Shown: positions 47,960-58,875 of the stretch, one piece after another
How the letters are laid out: the number at the start of each line of letters is the position of its first letter
Position numbering within the stretch: the stretch's first letter is position 1
Assembly (NCBI GenBank): GCA_014905635.1
Contig: JABVCE010000013.1
Span: 930,001 to 994,000, forward strand
Source: Scenedesmus sp. PABB004
Taxonomy: Eukaryota
DNA length: 64,000 nucleotides
Reading direction: 5' to 3'
The notes under the pieces: model-generated
The model's input: only the letters and a program-made list of their open reading frames with translations
What the model was told of the DNA's origin: nothing
Databases searched by the model: none
Program-made: the position numbers and the translations under genes

Positions 47960-49900
47960 TCACGCCGGGCGCGCCATCTCGTGCTCCAGCAGCTCCGTGA
48001 CGAGGCGCGTGATCGCCGCAAACTCGGGGACCAGGAACCCGGCGTCGGCCGCGCCCGCATGCCGCGCCATGACCTTGCGCGCCGCCCGCGCGGCGACGCG
48101 CTCGCCCAGCGCGGCGCTGACCACGCCCGAGCCGAGCAGCGGCGCGAGCACGAGGCGGACAAAGCCGAGCACGCGCCCCGCGACGTCGCCGCCGCCGCCG
48201 CCGCTCGGCGCGGGCGGCGGCCCGGGCGGCAGCGGTGGCGGCCGGCCGGGGCTGTCGGGCGCCGGCGCGCCGCCCTCCGACGGCTGCCACGGCCCGGCGC
48301 GGCCGCCCGCGCCCGCCGCCGCCCCGGCGGCCGCGGCTGCTTCCTCAGCTGCTGCTGTCTCAGCCGCCTTCTGGGCCGCCTCCTCAGCTGCTGCTCTCTC
48401 CGCCGCCTGCCGGACCGCCTCCTCCTCCGCCTCCTCCGCTTCCGCCGCCGCCGCGGCCTCTGCTGCGGCCGCCTCGGCCGCCGCCGCCGCTGCGGCGGCC
48501 TCTGCTGCCGCCTGTGCCAGCGCCGTCGCCCGAGCCTCCGCCGCCGCCCGGGCCTCGGCCTGCGCTGCCACGCGCTCGGCCACGGCCGCCGCCGCCGCCG
48601 CCGCTGCCGCAGCCTCTGCTTCTGCGTCAGCTGCCGCGGCCGCTGCCCCCTGGCCCTCGCACTCCCGCCGCGGCGAGTAGGGCTGCACGCCGCCGTGCGG
48701 GGGCGAGGCGGTGGGCGAGTACCCGCCGGCGCTGGCGGCGCCGTCCCCTGCGCCGGCACGGCCCCCGGCAGCGCGCGCTGCGGCGGCGGCGGCGGCCTCC
48801 AACGCCTGCTGCCGCTGTCGGCGCCGCTCCAGCAGCGCCTGGCGCTCGCCCTCCTCGTCCAGCTGGTCGCCGTCGTCGCCGCTGCCGGGCTCGCCGCTGG
48901 CACGCTCCTGCCCTGGTCGCTGCTGCTGCTGTTCTGCCTGCTGCTGCTGCTGCTGCTCCTGCTGCCCCGCCGGTTGCTGCTGGTCTCGCGGCGCCTCCTG
49001 CCCCAGCTCCTGCTGCCGCGCGAGTCGCTCGGCCTCGCAGGCCGCCGCCGTCGCCGCGGCGGAGGCTGCGGCGGCCGCGCCTGCCGCCGCGACCGCCGCC
49101 GCTGCCGCCGCCGCGGCGGCCTTCTTGGCGGGGCGCCTGCCGCCAGGCGGGGCGCCGCGCCCGCCGCCGCCCGGCGGCGCGTCTTCGGCCGCGGGCTCCC
49201 CCTCAAACAGGTCGTCCAGCAGCTCCTCCAGCGCGCGCTGCCTGGCCACGGCCGCGGCCGCAGCGCCGCCGCCGCCAGGCGAGCCTGGCGCAGCGCCGCC
49301 GGCGTCGGGGGCGCGGCGGCGGCGCCGCCGCCGCCGCCGTCGGCACGGCGCCGCTTGGGCGCGCTCGACGGCTCGCCGCCGTCCGCGGCCGCCGGCGGCT
49401 GCCCGCGCTTGGCGGGGGGCCGCTGCGGCAGCGCGGCGCGCGCCGCGTCGAGGAGCTGCGGCGGCACGTGCTCCAGCGAGGCCACGGCGTCGCGGCCGCG
49501 CGCGGCGTATGCGTGCGCGCCGGTGACGGACCGATACAGCGCCTCCTCCTGGGCGAGGGTCGCCGCCGCGGCGGCCCGCACCAGCTCTGGGCAGCCCGCG
49601 ACCGCGCCGCGCTGCTCGGCCGGCGGCACGCCGAGCTCGCCCAGGAGCAGTACGAGCGCGCCGCCGAACAGCCGGGCGGCGACCTGCTGGCGCGCGTGCT
49701 GCGTCGTGAACGAGCGCGGGCGGTAGGGGACGAACGGCCGTGCCGCGGGCGGCACGAGCTCTGCGGCCGCGCCAGCTGACAGCGCCTGGCCCCACGGCGG
49801 CGCCGCAGGCTGCCCCGGCGGCAGGGCGCTGCTGCCTGTGCGGCTCCCCCCGCACGTGTCGCCGCCCCCCGCCTGGCCGCCCAGGAGTTGCTGCCGCCCG

Positions 49901-49948
<48 letters not shown>

Positions 49949-50130
49949 GTCTGCTGCGCCGCCTGCTCCGCCCGCTCCGCCGCGGCCGCCTCGGCTGCTG
50001 CTAGTGCCCTTGCGGCCTGGACGACAAGCCAGGCGCCGTTGGCGCCGTGCCGCGGCGCGGCGCTGCAGCGCTCGCGCAGCGCGGCCACCGCCGCCGCCGC
50101 GCCGTCCGGCGGCGGCGGCGGCGGCTCCAT
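47960..50130 (-). CDS. Intronless low-complexity protein with putative C-terminal SRI-like domain; one apparent frameshift near 49310
   Basis: The 5' frame (MEPPPPPPDG...QEEALYRSVTGAHAY...PKRRR) joins the 3' frame (LEELLDDLFEG...VLGFVRLVLAPLLGSGVVSAALGERVAARAARKVM...ITRLVTELL) if one base is added to a G5 run. The SRI assignment is by pattern only. Confidence 0.55.
49782..49894 (-). repeat. Left arm of a ~112-bp inverted repeat (partner 51839-51950)
   Basis: Reverse complement matches 51839-51950 with about 3 substitutions and 1 indel. Confidence 0.92.
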
Positions 50131-50531
50131 GCTGCCCGTGGTGTCGTGCTGCGCTGCGGTGCCGGGCGGGCGGGCGGAGTGGGAGGGGTGCGACGCCGCG
50201 GGGCGGCGTTCTGGTGCGGCGCACGACGCGGCGCCGGGGCTTTGCGCGCAGCTGCCCCCGCCTTCACCGCCTTCGCCGTCGCCGGCCTCCACACGCACCT
50301 GCAGGATCGCACGCAGGCACGCACGCAAGGAGCGCCGCCGCGCGTCCCTCGCAGCGCCGGCCGCTGCTGCGTCGAGCTCGCCGCTGCCCGCTCCGCACGC
50401 TCCATGCGCGGCGGCACCGCGTGCGCGAGTCGCCATCATCACGCCACAGTGCGCACGCTGAGCGGGGCGCCGTCGGCGGCGGCGCCGCCGCCAGGCGCGC
50501 TGCCGCTGCTCGCGGCCGCGGCGGCGCCGTG

Positions 50532-51811
50532 ATGCTCTCGGTGCTGTCGCCCGCCTGCGGCCTGTCCTACCGGCCCCTGCAGCCTGCGGACTTCCTCGTC
50601 GTCAAGGTGGGCGGGTCGCGGGGCCGTCGCAGACGCCCGCGCCAGCAACGCCGCTGGTGCCAGCTGCGCCCCGCCGCCGCGCCGCGCAGGCGGCGCACGC
50701 CGCGCTCTTCCCGCTGGACTATGACGACAGCTTCTTCCACCGCGCCACCAACGCGCTGGACAGGTGAGGCGGCAAGCCGGCTGCCGCCCGCGCTGCGCCG
50801 CCCGCGCCCGAGGCACCGCGCGCACGCCCCACGCCCCACGCCGCCGCCGCGCGCCGCCGCCCGCCGCGCGTGCGCCAGGATCTGGTCGTGCGCCGCGTTT
50901 GCGGTCGGCCCGTTTGGCGAGGAGCAGCTCGTCGGCTTCATCACCGCCAAGCGCGTGCTGCTGCACGAGTGCGAGCCCACGGTGCGCCGCGGCGCGGCGA
51001 GGCGCGAGCACCGGCGGCGGCCTCGCGGTGGCCGGCGGCGCCGCCGCTCACCGCCGCCGCTCACCGCCGCCGCTCGCCGGCGCGCGGCGCGCTGCGCAGG
51101 ACCGGCACCACATGGGCCTGCTGAGCGGGGTGGTGGACCACGACAGCGTGCTCTACATCCTCACGCTCGGCGTGGTCGAGGGCTGGCGCCACCGCGGCAT
51201 CGCGGCCGCGCTCATCGCCGCCGTGTGCGCGCACGCGGCCGAGGCGCGGTGCGTGCGCCGCCCGCCGCGCCGCGCCGCCCGCCGTGCCGCCCAGCCCGCC
51301 GCGCCGCCGCCCGCGCCGCGCCCGCCCACTGCCCCGCCCCGCCCCGCTGCGCGCGTGCCCTCTCTGCCGTGCACATGTGCCCGCAGGTGCCGCGCCGTGT
51401 TTCTGCACGTCATCTCCTACAACGCCGCCGCGCAGGCGCTCTACGCCCGCGCCGGCTTTGCCTGCGTCGCCCGCCTGCCCGCCTTTTACTTCATCGCCAC
51501 CGGCCGCCAGCCCGACCCGGCAACGCAGGCGCGCCGCCGCCGGCGCGCCGCCCCGGGCGCCGCGGCCCGCCGCCGCTGCGCCGCCGCCCACGCCTGCTGC
51601 TGCCGCCGCCCACGCTTGCGCCGCGCTCGTCGCAGGTCTACGATGCCTATCTGTATGTGCAGCACATGGGGCCGCCGGGCCTGGTGAGCCCCTGGGACCT
51701 GGTCACGCTGGCGTGGAGCCCGCTGCGCTCGGCGCTCGGGCGCATCCAGGCCTGCATGCCCCGCTTCGGCCGGCAGCAGGCGGCGGCCGCGGCCGCGGCG
51801 GCCGCCGCGGC

Positions 51812-51846
<35 letters not shown>

Positions 51847-52357
51847 TCCTGGGCGGCCAGGCGGGGGCGGCGACACGTGCGGCGGGAGCCGCACAGGCAG
51901 CAGCGCCCTGCCGCCGGGGCAGCCTGCGGCGCCGCCGTGGGGTCAGGCGCCGCCACCGCCGCCGCTGCCGCCGTCGTACAGCCGGCAGCACGTGCGGCAC
52001 GGCGGCGGACTGGAGCAGGAGCAGGAGCAGGAGCAGGCGCTGAAGCCGGCGGGCGCGCAGCGGCAGGACACCCTGTACCAGCTCCAGGCGGCGGGCCACG
52101 CGCAGCAGCCCTCGCTGCTGCCGCACGCGGCGCAGCACCTGCAGCAGCGCTGCCACGCCGCGCAGCAGCACCAGCAGCCGCCGCACGTGGCGCTGCCGCA
52201 CGCGGCGCTGCCGCCGCCGCCGCAAGGCGGCTGCGGCCAGCAATCCCAGCACACCATGCTGCGATGGCTCTTCCACCCGCACAGCCGGCCCGGCGCGCTG
52301 GCCGCGGCGCGGCGGGAGCGCGAGCGGGTCGGCGACGCCGAGGCGCGCAGCGCGTGA
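50532..52357 (+). CDS. NAA60: GNAT acetyltransferase, NAA60/MCC1-like, 6 exons; apparent frameshift at 51863-51867
   Basis: YRPLQPAD, HAALFPLDYDDSFF, LYILTLGVVEGWRHRGIA, CRAVFLHVISYNAAAQALY...F...FYFI...YDAYLY. As assembled it stops at 52043; adding one G gives a gene-like tail to 52357. Confidence 0.85.
51839..51950 (+). repeat. Right arm of the ~112-bp inverted repeat (partner 49782-49894)
   Basis: Direct alignment with the reverse complement of the left arm. Confidence 0.92.
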
Positions 52358-52466
52358 GCGGCACGGCGGCGCTGCAAGAACGCGCCGCGTGACCTGAGCT
52401 GTGCTGTGGGTTTGCGCGCCATGTGACGCGCGTCACGGTCGTGCGCCCTGCCCTTTGCTCTGCTCG

Positions 52467-52720
52467 CTACGGCACGGCGCCGAGGAGCCCGACGCCGCAG
52501 TCGCTGCAGGCGCCGCCCGGCGCGTCGCAGCGGTGGTGCACGCGCACGCGCGCCTGGAGCTCCGCCCAGCGCGTGCGCTCGCGCGGCCCCCCAAAGCGCA
52601 TGAGCTTGCCAAACTGCGCCACCGCGACGCAGCTCGCGATCAGCGCCTGGCCGTCGGCCAGGCACACGCGGAGCTGGTGCTGCAGCAGCGGGCTCGCGCG
52701 CTGCGCGGCGAGGCAGTCCT
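52467..52720 (-). pseudogene. Possible degenerate Sm/LSm-fold gene fragment
   Basis: After an acceptor-like CCCGCAG the frame reads LLQHQLRVCLADGQALIASCVAVAQFGKL, resembling the Sm1 motif (LLxxxLRVxLxDGRxLxGxxxAxDxxxNL) with key residues lost. Confidence 0.3.
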
Positions 52721-53249
52721 GCGGGCGCACACGCACGTGCGTGTGGGTGTGGCGGGCAGGGAGCTGCGTCGCGCTCCCGCGCGGCTGCCCAGCGGCGCAT
52801 CGTCCCGTGTACGGTGGTGCGAGCAACGCACGCCGCGAGCTGCTGGGTGTGTGGGTCGGCCCAGGAGACCTCCGACACCAGCGCGCACATGGCCGTCACG
52901 CCGAGGTTCACAGCCGACCCGGCGCGCCTGGAGGGCGTCCCCTCGAAGCCTGGATGCTGCTCTTGCGCGCCCTGGTGCTTGCGCGGTCGCGATGGCTGTT
53001 GGCACTGACGCACGGAACGGGCTGACCCTCAGGGTGAAGCAAAGCGAGCGATGGAGCGAGCGTGGCAGCTCCGCGATATCACCACAAGTAAGCGAGCTGC
53101 AGGCCGAACAGGCATGCAGCAGTAAGTCCGACCGCTGTAGCACGCGCGCATCAGGCGCGCGCCCGCTGCAGTGCGCGCGCTGCAGTGCGCGCACATCAGG
53201 CGTGTGCCCGCTGGTAGTGTGCACAGTTTAGCCGTGTCGATGTCCGCGG

Positions 53250-53564
53250 TGATGCGAGGCGGCGCAGGATGAAGGTGTCGCGCCCGATCGCCTCGACGGC
53301 GCCCGGGCGCTGCACCTGCGCGCCGTGGCGCGGCACGGCGGCGGCGCGGCTCTCGGGCGCGGGGCTGGCGCGGCGGCGGGGCTCGCGGGGGCGCGGGTGG
53401 CTCGCGGGGTGGTGGTGGGTGTGGGGGCGCACCTTAACCGCCACCTCCTCCCCCGTGACCAGGCGGGCGCGGTAGACCTGGCCCAGGCTCGCCGCCGCGA
53501 CGGGGCGCGCCGAGAGCGAGGCGAAGACGGACCGCCACGGCCGGCCGAGCTCCTCCTCGATCAC
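53250..53564 (-). pseudogene. Two-exon fragment of an ABC1/UbiB atypical kinase
   Basis: [44 protein letters not shown] (53564-53433) / [21 protein letters not shown] (from 53315). The intron is intact, then similarity stops and a stop follows at 53196. No other ABC1 exons are visible nearby. Confidence 0.8.
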
Positions 53565-54698
53565 CTGCGGCAGGGGGGGGGGGTGCAGGGGCGCGCCGCG
53601 GGGGTGCGCGGCTTGCGCGGGGCACGCCGGCACTGGCCGAGGGACCAACGGGCAAGTTTGGCGGCGAGCGGTTACGCATGCTGCGGGGCGGCGTCCATCT
53701 CGCCTGCGGCGCGGGTGGCTGTGGGACTGCGCGCGCTGCCGCTCTGGTAGCGCGCGCAGCAGCGGCCGCCGCCCGCCGCGGCGCCGCCTCGCGCCCCCCT
53801 GCCCCGCCTCCCATGGCGCTCTGTCTTGCCCCCATCGCGTCCCAGGCGCCCCCGCGGCACGCGCCCTCCCGGCGCCGCCGGCGCCAGCGCTTGCAGCAGC
53901 GCGACGGTCGCCGCCGCCGCCGCGCCCCTACGCCGCCGGCGGCCCAACCCACTCCCCATCAACGACCCACGCCTCGGAAGGCCGCGCACGTTGGCTGCAC
54001 GGGAGCCACCGAGCTGCACGCGTCGGGCGCCCGGGCGCCGGCCGCGCGCGGCTGGTGACGGCCACGGTCGCTGCGGGAGAGCATGGTGGCGCCACGGGGC
54101 GTCACGCCCGCCTTTCGCCTCGCCGGGGCGGCGAGCAGTCGCCCGCAACAGCCGGCGCCCCGGTCCGTCTCCAGACACGCGCGCGTGGCTTCCAGGTGGC
54201 CATGAGCTACGCTGGATCATGTTTCGATCCACGGGAGCGCGTCCGGTGCCGATCGACACCCGCGCGCGCCGCCAGGGGCAGGCCGCCACTAGCGCAGTCG
54301 CTGCCGCGCCGCGCGCTGGCGGCCCGCCGGGCACCGCGGCTGTGCCGGTGTCGCGCCAGACGATGGACGGCGCGCCACGCAGGCGGGGGCTGAGCGGCGC
54401 CGCGAGCGGCGGCGCAAGGGCTCACCGTGCTTGCCGCCGCCGCCGATGCGCACGACGCCAGACGAGCAGGCCGGCCCGCGCGAAGTGCTGCACGCTTGCC
54501 ACACTCCCTGCTGCTTGCGCCGACAGACAATGCTCTTGCGCGCCGCCGCGGCGGCACAGCGGGCGACGGGCGCGACGCGTCCAGCGCTCGTGCGCGCGCA
54601 GCCATCCGCGCCGCGCGCCGCCGGCCGCCCCAGTCGCCGGCTCACCGCCGCCCCGTGCCCCCCGTCTCGCTCCCCCCTTCGCCCAGCAGGTCAGGACG

Positions 54699-55453
54699 AT
54701 GGGCGGCGGCGGTGATGCACAGCTGGTCGTGGCGCCCGAAATCCCGCGCGTCTCGGCCGAGGAGGTCGCCCAGCGCGTTCGGGGCGCGGAGGGCATCACC
54801 GTACTGGACGTGCGCACGGCGCGGGTGAGCAGCGGCAGCGTGGGCTCGAGGCGCGCGGCGCGGAACGCGGCTCGTCGGCGGCGGACGCAGCGCGCCGGCG
54901 GCGTGATCGCTCCGGAGCAGCATCGGGCCTCGGGAACGCGGGCCGGCCTCGGCTGCCGCGTCGCGAGACCGCGGCCGCGCTGCAAATGCTGCCTACCGCT
55001 GGTGCCGCCACCGCCGCAGGAGTTTGAGGCCGGCCACGTCAAGGGCGCGGTGAACCTGGCAGCCGCGGACTTCACCGACAGCGCCGCGGTGGACGCGCTC
55101 GTGGCCAAGCTGGACAAGCCGGAGGTGCGCGGCGCGCTGGCCCGGCGCCGCGCGGGGGCGGCCAGCAGCCGGCGCTCACGGTCGCGCAGCGCGGGCGCCG
55201 CCAGCGGCCGGACGCCGCCGCCAGCGGCCGGCGCTCATCCGCTCACCGCCGCGCGCAGGTGGTGGTGCACTGCGCCCTGAGCCAGCGCCGCGGCCCCGCG
55301 TCGGCGGCGGCGCTGGCGGCGCGCCTGCGCGAGCTGGGCGTTGAGAAGAAGATCACAGTCATGGCCGGCGGCTTCAACGAGTTTGGTGAGACCTTTGGCG
55401 CCGACAAGGAGGTCCTGGAGGGCAGCGGCACGCCCCTGCCGATCGAGCACTGA
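54699..55453 (+). CDS. ACR2: Rhodanese-fold CDC25-like phosphatase / arsenate reductase, 141 aa; exons 54699-54824, 55020-55124, 55259-55453
   Basis: VLDVR..EFEAGHVKGAVN, active-site loop VVVHCALSQRRGP (HCX5R), MAGGFNEF. Confidence 0.88.
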
Positions 55454-55724
55454 GCGGGCGGGACGGGCGGGACGGCCCGGGACGCCCCGTGCGCACGCGC
55501 TGCGGCCGCTTGGCCGCGCGCTCCCGAGGGCCAAGCCCGCTGCCCTGAGCGGTGGGCGGGCGTCGTCGCAGAGGAGGGGCGCCCCACGCGGCGAGCGCTG
55601 ATCGGTGTGCGCGCGTGATCGCCGCCGCTGCGACCGCGGCTCCGCGCTCGCGAGCGGAACTGAATTCATGAAACCAATCCAAAGCCGCCCGCTGTGTGCG
55701 TGCCGCCCCTCGCCCGTCGCGCCG

Positions 55725-58700
55725 TCACTCGTCGCGCAGCGCGGCGGCCTCCTCGAGCGGCTCGCCCGAGCCCTCGCCGTCCCAGTCCTCGGCCGCCGCG
55801 GCGGCGCCCGCTCCGCCGCAGACGCCCCGCGCCCCCGGGTCGCCCGCCGGCGCGGGCACGCGCCCGATGTCGTCCTCGCCGTCGCTGCCGAGCGCCAGCT
55901 CCTCCGCCTCCGGGCCGCCGGCGAAGCGCACGCGCCGCGCCGCCTCGCCCGCGGCCGCGCCGCCGGCGCGGCCGACGCCGGCGCCGGCCAAGATGCCGCC
56001 GCCGGCGGCGCGCGCCGCGCGCAGCTGCGCGCCCGCCGCCGCGGCCGCGGCGCGCGCCGCGCCGGCGCCGCCGCCGCGCGGCTGCGGCTCGGGCCGGCCC
56101 CGCATGATCGCGTGCGCGCGCCGGCGCGCGCCAAACGCGCCGAGCGCGCCGCCGCCGTCAAACGCGCTGGCCGCGCCGGCGGCGGCGCCGCCGAGGCGGC
56201 TGGCGCGCGGGCCGCCATATGCGCCGAGGTCGTCGTCCAGGCCGCCAAAGCCGCCCAGCGAGCCGAGGCCGCCCCCGCCGGCGCCAAAGAGGCCGTGCGG
56301 CAGACCCACCTCGCCCAGGTCGGCCGGGCTGAGCCCGTCCAGCGCGCCGCCGCCGTACCCGCCGAGGCCGCGGCCGCGAACGCCGGCGGGACCGTGCCGC
56401 GCGCTGCTGCTGGCGCGCAGGAACTGCCAGACGCCCACGCCGACCATCATCACCACCACCGCCGGCTGCAGCATCCGCATCCAGGCGAAGCCGCCGTCGC
56501 CGCCGCCGCCGCCGCCGCCCCAGCCGCCAGGGCCGCCGCCGCCGCTGCCCCCGCCGCCCCACACGCCGCCGGCGGTGAACGCCGCGAGCGCGCCGCGCCC
56601 AAACGGCAGTAGCAGCAGCTCGCCGTCGCCGGCGGCGGCGAGCCCGTCGGCGGCGCCCGCCGCCGTGTGCAGCAGCGCGCGGCCGGCGCCGTCGTCGGCG
56701 GCCTGCGCGCCCGCCGCCGCCGGCGCGCCGCCCTGCTGCTGGGCAAAGTGGCGGCTCAGGCCGTACAACGCCCAGAGCTCCTGCCAGGTGTGTGAGACGA
56801 GGTGGCTGCGCTGCAGCTGGACCGGGTGGGTCGTGTCAAACGTTGCCACGCCCTCGGCGTGCAGCAGCACGAGCCGGCCCCGCCCCGCCACCACCAGGCG
56901 CACCGGGCCGGGCGGCAGGCCCAGCGGCAGCCGCTGCACGACCTGCCGTGACCCGCCGCGCGACGCAGCGCGCAGGGGAGGGGAGGGGGCGGGGCCGTCA
57001 GCGCGCGCTGGCTGGGCGCGACGCGTGCCCCGCGCGCGCACGGCGGCTGCCGCCGCGCACCTTGCAGAACGACGTCCGATGGGCGCCCGGCACCGAGAGC
57101 ACCAGCAGCTCGCCGCCGGCCGTGACGCCATAGGCTCGGAAGCTGCGCACCGGGTCAAACGCCGCGGCGACGAGGACGTCGGCGAGGCTGCCGCCGCCGC
57201 CGGGCTGCGTGAGCCCCACGCAGGGGCGCTGCACGCGGCCGCGGCCGCGCGACAGCAGCACGACGACCGCCATGTGGCCGGTCTGCACGACCAGCTGGTG
57301 CTCGGCTGCGGCGGGTGCGGCGCCGCGGTGAGCGGGCGCGAGGGGCGCGCGAGGGTGCGCTGCCGTCCCCCGGGCACGCCGCGCGCCCGCCCGCCTGCCC
57401 GCCCTGCGCGCGGCCCGCACGCCGCTCACTGTGCGCGCTGACCGCGAGCGCCGGCGCCGGCAGCTCGCGCGTCAGCAGCACGCGCCCGCTGGCCGGTGCC
57501 AGCAGCGCGAGCCGGCCGGCCGCGTCGATCACCGCCAGCAGGCGGCGCTGCTGTGTCCTGCCGGCGCGGCGGGGCGGCGGGGCGGCGGGGCGCCGGCGTC
57601 GGCGGCGCCGCAGCGAGCGCGGCTGGTCGCCCGCCCCGCTGCAGCGCCGGGCCCGGCGCGCATACTTAATGGTGACCACGTGCGTCACCGCCGCGCCCTC
57701 GCTGTCGCCGCCGGCGCCGCCTGCAGGCGCGGCCGCTTTATTGCCCGCCACTGCGGCGGCCGCGGCGGCGGCCTGCTCCGCGCGGTCAGCGGCCGTCGAG
57801 TTGAGCGCCAGGGTGACGCTGCTGACGCCGCTGCCGTCGGGCGCCCTGCAGGCGCGCAGAGTGAGCACGGCAGGCCGCCCGCGCGCTCGCGCGCCAGGCG
57901 CTGCTGCAGGCCCGGCGGCTGCCGGGGCGGCGGGTGCGCGCACCCCGCGCTCTCGTGCCCCAGAACCAGCACCAGCAGCCCGCCGTCGCGCAGCCCCACC
58001 ACGAGCTGCGTCATGTTGCTGCGCAGCGACTGCGACGCAAGCGCCGTGACCGCCACGCGGGCGCCTGCGCGGCGGCGGGGCCGCGCGGCATTCGGCGCCG
58101 CCTGCCTGCAGCGCGCGGCGGCGCGCCGCGGCGCGCCGCGCCGCGCACCCGTGTCGTGCTCGTGCACCAGGTTGCCGGCGGGCGTGAAGAAGTAGAGCCA
58201 GCCCGCGGCGTCGCCGGCCACCACGTACAGCGGCGCGTCGGGGCCGCGCAGCACGTGCGCGGCCGTGACCAGCGCGTCCGCCGCGACCGCGGCCGCAAAC
58301 GCCCAGTGCGCGGGCCACGCCGCCGCGCGCGTCGCGAGCGTGCGGCGCGTGTTGGTGGTGGGGGGCACGAAGGGCCCGCCGCCGCTCGGCGCTGCCGCGC
58401 CTGCGGGGCGGCGGTGCCAGCGGCGGTCGGCAGCAGCGCAGCCGCAGGCCGCCGCGCCGCCGTTGTGCGTCCACTGCCTACGCGGCCGCCCATGATCGCG
58501 CACGCGCGCTCTTACGGACGCACCTGGCGCCCCCTCGCCGCCGGCGGCGGCCGCAGGCGCCGGCGCGGAGCCCGACAGCGCTGCGAGCTGCTGCTGCAGC
58601 GCCGCCAGCTGCGCCTCCAGCTCCGCCAGCGCGGCTGTCGGGGTTGTGCGGGACGGCCCCGCCTCTGCGCTGCCAGCGAGCGCCAGCACAAGGGCCAGCG

Positions 58701-58737
58701 TCAAGGCCAGCGCGCGGCGGCGGCGCGCCGGCGCCAT
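55725..58737 (-). CDS. Signal peptide + coiled coil + single C-terminal TM membrane protein, At1g75140-like, multi-exon
   Basis: Signal ALALTLALVLALAGSAEA; LAELEAQLAALQQQL; WPAHWAFAAAVAAD...YVVAGDAAGWLYFFTPAGNLV; AAFDPVRSFRAYGVTAGGELL; TM QPAVVVMMVGVGVWQF. Family call from memory of the plant protein. Confidence 0.65.
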
Positions 58738-58800
58738 CACGCTTCCTCTGGCCGGCCGGCCTGTGCTGCCGCAGCGGACCGCATGTGCTCGGTGGCCTGG

Positions 58801-58805
58801 TTACA
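58801..58805 (-). promoter_or_regulatory. TGTAA polyadenylation signal of SRT1
   Basis: TTACA on the + strand, 70 nt downstream of the SRT1 stop. Confidence 0.6.
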
Positions 58806-58875
58806 CGCCAGGCGCAGAGCGACCGCCATGGCCGGGCGCAGCGGCCTGCTGAGCCCCGGCCGTGAACCCGCGCTG

